From Catajapyx aquilonaris (taxonomy: Eukaryota): a stretch of 44,820 nt of DNA. Both the position numbers and the translations under genes were made by a program. The stretch spans positions 62,001-106,820 of the forward strand of contig KZ538179.1 of NCBI GenBank assembly GCA_000934665.2, in the 5' to 3' direction. Positions within the stretch are counted from its first letter, which is position 1. Each line of letters starts with the position of its first letter. Below are positions 38,386-44,820 of the stretch, one piece after another. Below the pieces are notes generated by a model. It saw only the letters and a program-made list of their open reading frames with translations. It was not told where the DNA came from and ran no database searches.

Positions 38386-40070
38386 CTTTTTCTTCTTTTT
38401 TTTGTATTGTGAGGGGGGTATATTTATTGTGTTTGTATCACTTTTGAGAGATCTGAGGTCACACGGGGGGGAAATTATATTTTAAAGAGTGAGTTGACTT
38501 TTTAAGCAAGTGTCAGCCATCATGAGTAGTGCGTAAGAATGGGCTTTGTTTTCCTCAAGTCAAAGCATGCAGTTCCATTGAACAGTGCCAAACTATGTCC
38601 CAGTCTACTGAAACAAAGGCAAAGTCTGACGTTAAGGCGATTTCCAGTGGTGTAATTCAAAGGGCTGTGAGTCTTCACCCAATTTGTTGTGAGACCAAGT
38701 CTTATAACTTTGTTTGTAATTTAAAAATTCCTGTTCTTATCATTACCCTTAACAATGGCATTATTATCTCATGACTGTGGTGTTTATAAAGTTCTGGCTG
38801 GCGGCATAGCAGAACAGTTTTATGGACCAGTGAGGGAATTTAGGGTTTACACTTAGTTTATACTAGCCAGTGCCAATGACTGTGTTGTACATACTACTTC
38901 ATTAGAATGGCTCATGGAGGATTCTGGACAACTATGTGTGTGCATCACATACTGTACTTATATTACACTTTCATTAATCAACAATTGTGCAAGCATTACC
39001 TTTGAATTGATTGCACAATATTGTGGCTAAATTAGAATGCATCTCAAAAAGTACTGCTCGCTAAGAATCACGGCTTATAAATTGTTATTTGGCTGTAGTC
39101 AGTACAAGGTGGGTGATAAAATGAAAAGGTATGTGAGTATATACACGAGCATGATCTTAGAGGTGTCTTGTGCAAAATGTTGACCTTCCAGAAGAAAATC
39201 CTCAGAGTGGGTTTTCCGTAACGTTTTGAAGTAAGACTGATTTGCTGAGAACTCCTCTGTGGGCTCTTTATTAGGAACGAAAATAATGAGTGTTGGGACG
39301 TTTGAGTGTCTTTTCCAGGAGAGACTGTTGCTGTGGCAGAGCCGCGGTTGTTACTTATGCTGGGCATATGTGAGAGAATTTTAAATGTATTTGAATGAAT
39401 GTAAAGGAGATTAATTTATTATAGGACAGTATAGGTATATTTGAGCTCCTTGTTTACATAGGCAGTGTAATTGTGTGAGAGTGCAACAGTGTTGCCTTTC
39501 CATTTGTTTACTAGTCAGGTTTACTATTTTCACGGCACTTTTGTGTTTAGGTAAATGAGCTTTGGCATGGGAACATGTATGGTACAGTAGTTGGGAGCGA
39601 TCCATCTTTATATAGCACACGAAAATCTCCACACGTGTGACTAAAGGATTGGTGTAAAATATAGAAAGATGCACAGATTTCTATCTGATTATTTATTCCA
39701 TCATGCGTAATGCACACACTCATCACATCTGAAGATGGGTGGCTCCCTTGGACTGAGGTAGCCATTTTAAATTAGGCCTTTTTTAAAAAGGGAGAAATGT
39801 GAAGTTTTCTAAGGGTGTTGACATCTGGAGTATGTTGTGTAATTTAATACTGTTTGCATGATGAATGATAGCAGCTCCCTCCAAGTCATCCCTGCCCCAC
39901 CTTTCACATATGAAAAATAACTCCACCATATACTAATGTTGCAGCTTCACGTGATGTTTGACTACTTCATGGGTAGGGTTTTACTATAATATTATTCCCT
40001 GTATTTTAAGACAGCTGCTACCCCCATCGTGAGAAACTATGAATCCACCCATTTAAATTGACACTGTGTA

Positions 40071-40076
40071 AATAAA
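40071..40076 (+). terminator. Candidate SUCO polyadenylation signal
   Basis: AATAAA followed by GT-rich ctttgttgt, about 1.7 kb after the stop codon and just before a compositional shift. Confidence 0.45.
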
Positions 40077-40321
40077 GCTGCTTTGTTGTACCTGGCTGAA
40101 TTACCTGGTTTTTACTGCCAGGCAGGAATCCGACCTTGTTGGCTTGGAAAGCAGTTTGAAGTACCGCGTCATCTGGCTACACTGATCAGTGTCATTTTGT
40201 GTCTGGCAACCCTGCGCATTCCGCCCCCCTCTTCCTCACCCACCCTGCTTTGGCCCTCCCTTGTTGCCTCCTCCTTTTCCTTCGGAGCCACGTGCCAGCG
40301 TGGAAGCAACCGTCACCGTCT

Positions 40322-40400
40322 CTTCTGCCCACTTCTGCCCACTTCTGCCCACTTCTGCCCACTTCTGCCCACTTCTGCCCACTTCTGCCCACTTCTGCCC
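40322..40400. repeat. 10-bp minisatellite (ACTTCTGCCC) x about 8
   Basis: Perfect tandem copies. Confidence 0.97.
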
Positions 40401-40639
40401 TTCGAAAGTGGCCTGGCACCGGTCTGTCCCCCCCAGCCGCCAGCCCAGCCCAGACACAGACAGACGCCTTCCCGTCCACCCGTCCAGACGAACATGATTC
40501 ACCCGGCGTCTCCAGTTTCATCATCCTCTTCCCCTCCGTCCAGCCGGCCGTTACCACCCATGGGCAGACACGACGATGCCCGTGCAACCTGGATCAGGTG
40601 AGGTTCTATCGCCAGCACTGCTGGGCCGCTATAAGATTG

Positions 40640-41215
40640 TTGCCCAATGATGATGCGACTGAACTAGTGGCTGTAAGGGCATCCCAAGTGTCACTCCGAC
40701 CCTAGGGTGGTCTGAGGTTCAGCATCAAGCTTGCACTAGGGGAGCACACTCGGAGTACTTTTTGTTACTCTCTCTTGGACGTAATGGTCGACTCCTCGGG
40801 AAGGTCTGAGACGGGAGTGGTGCTCGGTTCACATGGGGGTCCGCGTCTTTGTCTTTGGGTAGTTGCGGTTGGGATCCACCAGTCACAGCGGCCCAAAGAA
40901 TAAGACCACGACAACTGGGTGAACTCAGCTTTATCTTCTAGAAGGGGACCCTCATAGTTGAGGGTGGGGCCAATAGAAACCCGTTGTTGGGTGAATTGTT
41001 GCCAGAGACACTTGGGTTCAGGCTCAAGTCGAGGCGACAATGGTTGCACCCATTTGGAATAGCCATCCTCGCTGGCACGAGTTGAGTGTAATCTGCAAGG
41101 TGGTCCGAGGGAGGCCATAACTCAATTCAGACTATTCTGTTGCTGGACCTGTGACGACTGCTCTCAGGTGGATGACCAGGGGTGTCCAATGCGCTACAAG
41201 TCTTAAGCTGAGGGC
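40640..41215 (+). repeat. Direct repeat, copy 1 (partner at 42188-42646)
   Basis: Shared blocks aagcttgcactaggggagcacactc, cgttgttgggtgaattgttgcc, gttgcacccatttggaatagccat and ccataactcaattcagactattct. Confidence 0.92.
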
Positions 41216-41399
41216 ACTTTTTTTAATGCAACAATTAGCCAAGCTTGAATACTGCCCCACTAACAAAGGTGATTTGGCGGATTCTTATAAGCAGAGGAAT
41301 TATTTGGAACCAGACATGTGGAACCAGTTGTTTCTCATGTAATTTCTCTTGAAAGTATTACATCAATTTATAGTGTGGTGATTGAGTCTCAGATCCATA

Positions 41400-41830
41400 G
41401 AATCCAGCCCATGGAAAGTTATATTTCCAGTTTTGTTCCTGTGGATATAAGTGGAAGTGATGATTATGCCATGTGTAATTTGACTTTGTCACATAGGATC
41501 GTGTGATTCACCCTGCGAATCACAAGTTCCACTGAGGGAGTGAGGTAGCGATGCTTTACTATTATTTGGGCCAACAAGTTTTATCAGTCATCTGTAACTA
41601 AAACCTCGAAGTGTGTCATATGAGAGCAGAGGATTGTTCCTCTTCCCATAAATATGAAAATATCCATTGCAACTTGGGGGGAGTGTTTTTAAATTTTTGC
41701 TGTATCATTCACACAAACCTGTATATTTCAGCTGATCTGGACAATTGGAGCTTGGGAATTTTTTGGACGAAGGGCCTTGACCAGGTCTCGGTCACACATC
41801 AGAAGTATGGACTGATGAGACAGCCATACT
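41400..41830 (-). mobile_element. Possible decayed non-LTR retrotransposon (APE endonuclease) fragment
   Basis: The minus strand reads CVTETW at about 41780-41797, followed in order by LAQII...ELVI and an SDH-like remnant, with stops and frameshifts. Confidence 0.35.
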
Positions 41831-42187
41831 GGAGAACAGATGGGAACAGTAGTCACATTGGCTGATGAAGTAAGGATTAACCTCTGATGAGGATAGAACT
41901 GCAGAATATCTGGGTAGAATCATTGTTGAGTAATGGATACACAGTGAATCATATTTACTTTTACTTGGCAGCATGCATGGATCGAGGATGAACACGGCTG
42001 GCTCAAGTTGACAGTGTGTGTGTGTGGACTGGAGGTGACAAGATGTAATGCAATCCTGCACACCAGCATTAACAAGGTGAGATGATTTGTATTGTTCACT
42101 GCAGTAGTGCCATGGATACAGGAGGGATTCTTGACTCATGACTCCTTGCTTGGCATAATAATGCAAGTCTGGGTTTGTGTTGAGTTC

Positions 42188-42646
42188 TTGCCCAATGATG
42201 ATGTGACCAACAAGTGCTTAAGGACATCCTCAATGGCAGTTTGTCGCTGGGGTGGTCTGAGGTCCAGTGATAAGCTTGCACTAGGGGAGCACACTCTGAG
42301 TACTTTGTTACTCTCTTGGACAGCAGCGCCACTCCTCGGGAAGGTCTGAGACGAGAGCGATCTTATCCTCTAGAAGGGGACCCTCGTGTGGAGGGTGGGG
42401 CCAATAGAAACCGTTGTTGGGTGAATTGTTGCCTGAGACACTTGGGTTCCGACTTAAGTCGAGGCGACAACAGTTGCACCCATTTGGAATAGCCATTCAC
42501 GCTGGCATGAGTTGAGTGCAATCTGCAAGGTGGTCCAAAGGGATCCATAACTCAATTCAGACTATTCTATCGCTGGACTCTTGACGACTGCTCTGAGGCA
42601 GCTGCTCCGGGGGTGTTCAATGCACTGCAGGTTTCATGCTGAGGGC
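42188..42646 (+). repeat. Direct repeat, copy 2, with about 110-bp internal deletion
   Basis: Aligns to 40640-41215 but lacks about 40820-40930. Confidence 0.92.
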
Positions 42647-42927
42647 TTAACAAGTATTGTTTGATTCTCTATGAATGATCTTTGGTATAAGCAAATCATT
42701 GGAGACAGTGGTCTAGATATTGTTATATATTAATCCTATGGCTGCCAGGTTTACACTGTTTTTGCATGTTTATATAGTTCTGTGATGTCAAATCAATCAT
42801 ACACCTATGGTTTTATGGTCATACCATTGACAATAGGCGGAATGACAGTGTGGGTTCATGATTTGACATGCAGAAATATTTAAATTTTAGATGAATGTAG
42901 TGGCTTCATTTCGTATGTGCCGCCTTA

Positions 42928-43075
42928 GGGCCAGTTGCACCGACCTCAGTATAACTTAGAAACTCGGGTATATCAAGAATTGCCATAGCAATCATTGTTG
43001 ACCAACAATGATTGCTATGGCAATTCTTGATATACCCGAGGTTCTAAGTTATACTGAGGTCGGTGCAACTGGCCC
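42928..43075. mobile_element. Fully palindromic PIF/Harbinger (Tourist-like) MITE with TTA TSD
   Basis: 73-bp arms (42928-43000 and 43003-43075) with one mismatch and a 2-nt centre. Termini GGGCCAGTTGCAC, with TTA on both flanks. Confidence 0.9.
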
Positions 43076-44324
43076 TTAATGATTACAAAAGAACATGAGC
43101 ATTGCTACAAAATGTATTCTGATTTGTTTCTGAAATATGGTGTCATGTGTTGAATGAAGATGGTTCTCTCTTTTTCAGTACCACTTATCTGAAACAGTTT
43201 TTCTCTTGCGCAGCTGAAGACCCTTCCTGGAATAATGGGTGTCCTTGGGGATGAAGATGCTTGAACTACCCCAGTCCATCTTGATCAGCGGCCATAAGCA
43301 CCTGAACACATCTTACCAGCCGCTGCTTGAAAACCATCCTTGATGTACAGTGAACTTTCCAAAATGGAACAGGAATGCACATAATACAAGTTGCCAGGGG
43401 ATTAAAAGTTTAGTTTTCAACTTCTGTAAAGCTTTGGTATTCTCTGCTTCCCACCAAGGGCAGTGTTTGCTGCTGTTGGCAGGGGCAGCAGCATGTCTGG
43501 AAATGGTTTCAGAAACAACCCATTTCTCTCAGAAACTACACAGTCTGCATACTTCAAACCGAGACTTATAATGATTTCTCTACATTTCTACTGATGTCAC
43601 TGTTCTTTCCATTGTTATTGTGTCTGACTTAGTAATGACAACAATGGTGATGCCAAACTGAACTATAAGAGAGAAGATTTTGGACCTTACATAATATCAG
43701 TGTGTTCCAAGTATTGGGGTGGTTTTAGTTATGACAAATTTTCCCAGAGAGTTGTAATTTGTGTGTCCCTTTATGGATCTTGATCAAGGTGTCCAATTAT
43801 TGACAGGTTGGTCCAATATAGCAGCCTGTGTGGCCCTGAAGCCCCTCTAGTCCTGATTTATTCAACCCACAGTACAAATAATTATAATGCATTAATCAGT
43901 ATCTGCTGCTGCTAACCCACTGGAGTCTGAAATCACATTAGTGTTACCAGTATCTGCTTGATCATCTGATTCCTCGTGATCAACTACCCTTGGGCTCTGA
44001 ATCAGCTGCTCCTTCTCCACTTGTAGGCTTAGCACAGCAATCACATCAGTGTCATCCTCTGCAGCTTCCATTAGGAATTGTCTTTTGCACATTCATCAGT
44101 GTTGTCACCTGTCTCACTCTTCTGCGCCAGTCCCCAGCAGGTGCTCAGCAGAATTTTGGATCAGATGATTCGGAAGGTGACATTAATGACAGGAGCATGC
44201 GAGAAAGTCAGAGCAGAAAACCAATGGGTATGATAGGTGAAACCGATAACCAAGAGGGGGAATTTTTCATGCTGTCAGGAATTCACGAAAATTTTGGTGA
44301 ATGATTTCGCACTGAAATGCAAAT

Positions 44325-44550
44325 GGGGAGGGATCAGACTAGACCTGCTAGATATGAAATGGTGTGACAGGACAAACAAAATAGTTGTGCAGGCCAATTA
44401 GAGCCCACTTCTCAGTACAATGGTGACAGGGTGGGAAAATAGTTTATTTCTTGCTTATTTCTTGTCATGTCACGACCTCAATGGGAATGGGCTCTGATGG
44501 CCTGTTCCACCGTCTTGCTTCGCATCTAGCAGGTCTATTCTGACCTCCCC
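44325..44550. mobile_element. MITE with imperfect GGGGAGG-starting TIRs
   Basis: ggggagggatcagactagacctgctagat pairs with atctagcaggtctattctgacctcccc. Confidence 0.7.
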
Positions 44551-44726
44551 TTAGCTTAGGAGAAGAGAGTTTTAGAAGTGTAGAAACTACATAAAGTTAG
44601 TTGTGAGATAGTAATAAATTTTTTGTGCTCTCAATCTCTCGTTTTTGTGTGTAAAGATAAATAAATAGTGCCGACCTTTTGTGTAGGCTATGTCACAAAT
44701 AAAACAGAAAGTGCTTCAAATAGATA

Positions 44727-44820
44727 TACGAGGTGCAGTCAAAAATTACTTGCGCGTATTTTTTTTAAGCCATTGCGCATGACATTTACATATTTGCACT
44801 TCAAGGAACATGAAATCCAG
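44727..44820 (+). mobile_element. Possible left end of a mariner-type element cut by the window edge
   Basis: TA|TACGAGGTGCAGTCAAAAA resembles mariner TIR starts. The partner end is not visible. Confidence 0.3.

Noticed and set aside
40083..40705. Cluster of overlapping ORFs with SAHFCPLLPT repeats, or a CRISPR-like array
   Set aside because: Produced by a stop-free 10-bp tandem repeat with no spacers.
40638..41234. Solo LTR with TGTTGC...GCAACA ends
   Set aside because: No matching TSD, and copy 2 does not share these termini.
41811..41900. Three CTGATGA motifs as hammerhead or C/D-box cores
   Set aside because: No stem II plus GAAA and no terminal stem could be formed.

Overview
Eukaryotic, probably arthropod, genomic DNA with three intron-containing genes whose exons I assembled by hand from GT-AG sites and phase matching. 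(1) The 5' part of an AK5-like adenylate kinase-family gene on the minus strand (ATG 12969, five coding exons, probably continuing off the left edge). (2) A complete MARCH2/3-like RING-CH membrane E3 ligase on the minus strand (21832->19920, 245 aa). (3) A complete SUCO/osteopotentia-like mid-SUN gene on the plus strand (22579->38385, about 1279 aa), head-to-head with the E3 gene across a short promoter containing a DRE. Introns and intergenic DNA hold tRNA-derived SINEs with intact target-site duplications, several MITEs, local duplications and decayed retroelement remnants. The strongest leads are a 184-codon out-of-frame ORF that stays open across three splice junctions of the E3 mRNA, an in-phase alternative first exon of SUCO in a CpG-rich island, a catalytically degenerate and probably lipid-anchored AK domain, and a possible Penelope remnant with a hammerhead-like motif and a 37-bp hairpin. 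No prokaryote-type system (CRISPR, operon) is present. None of these calls was checked by database search.
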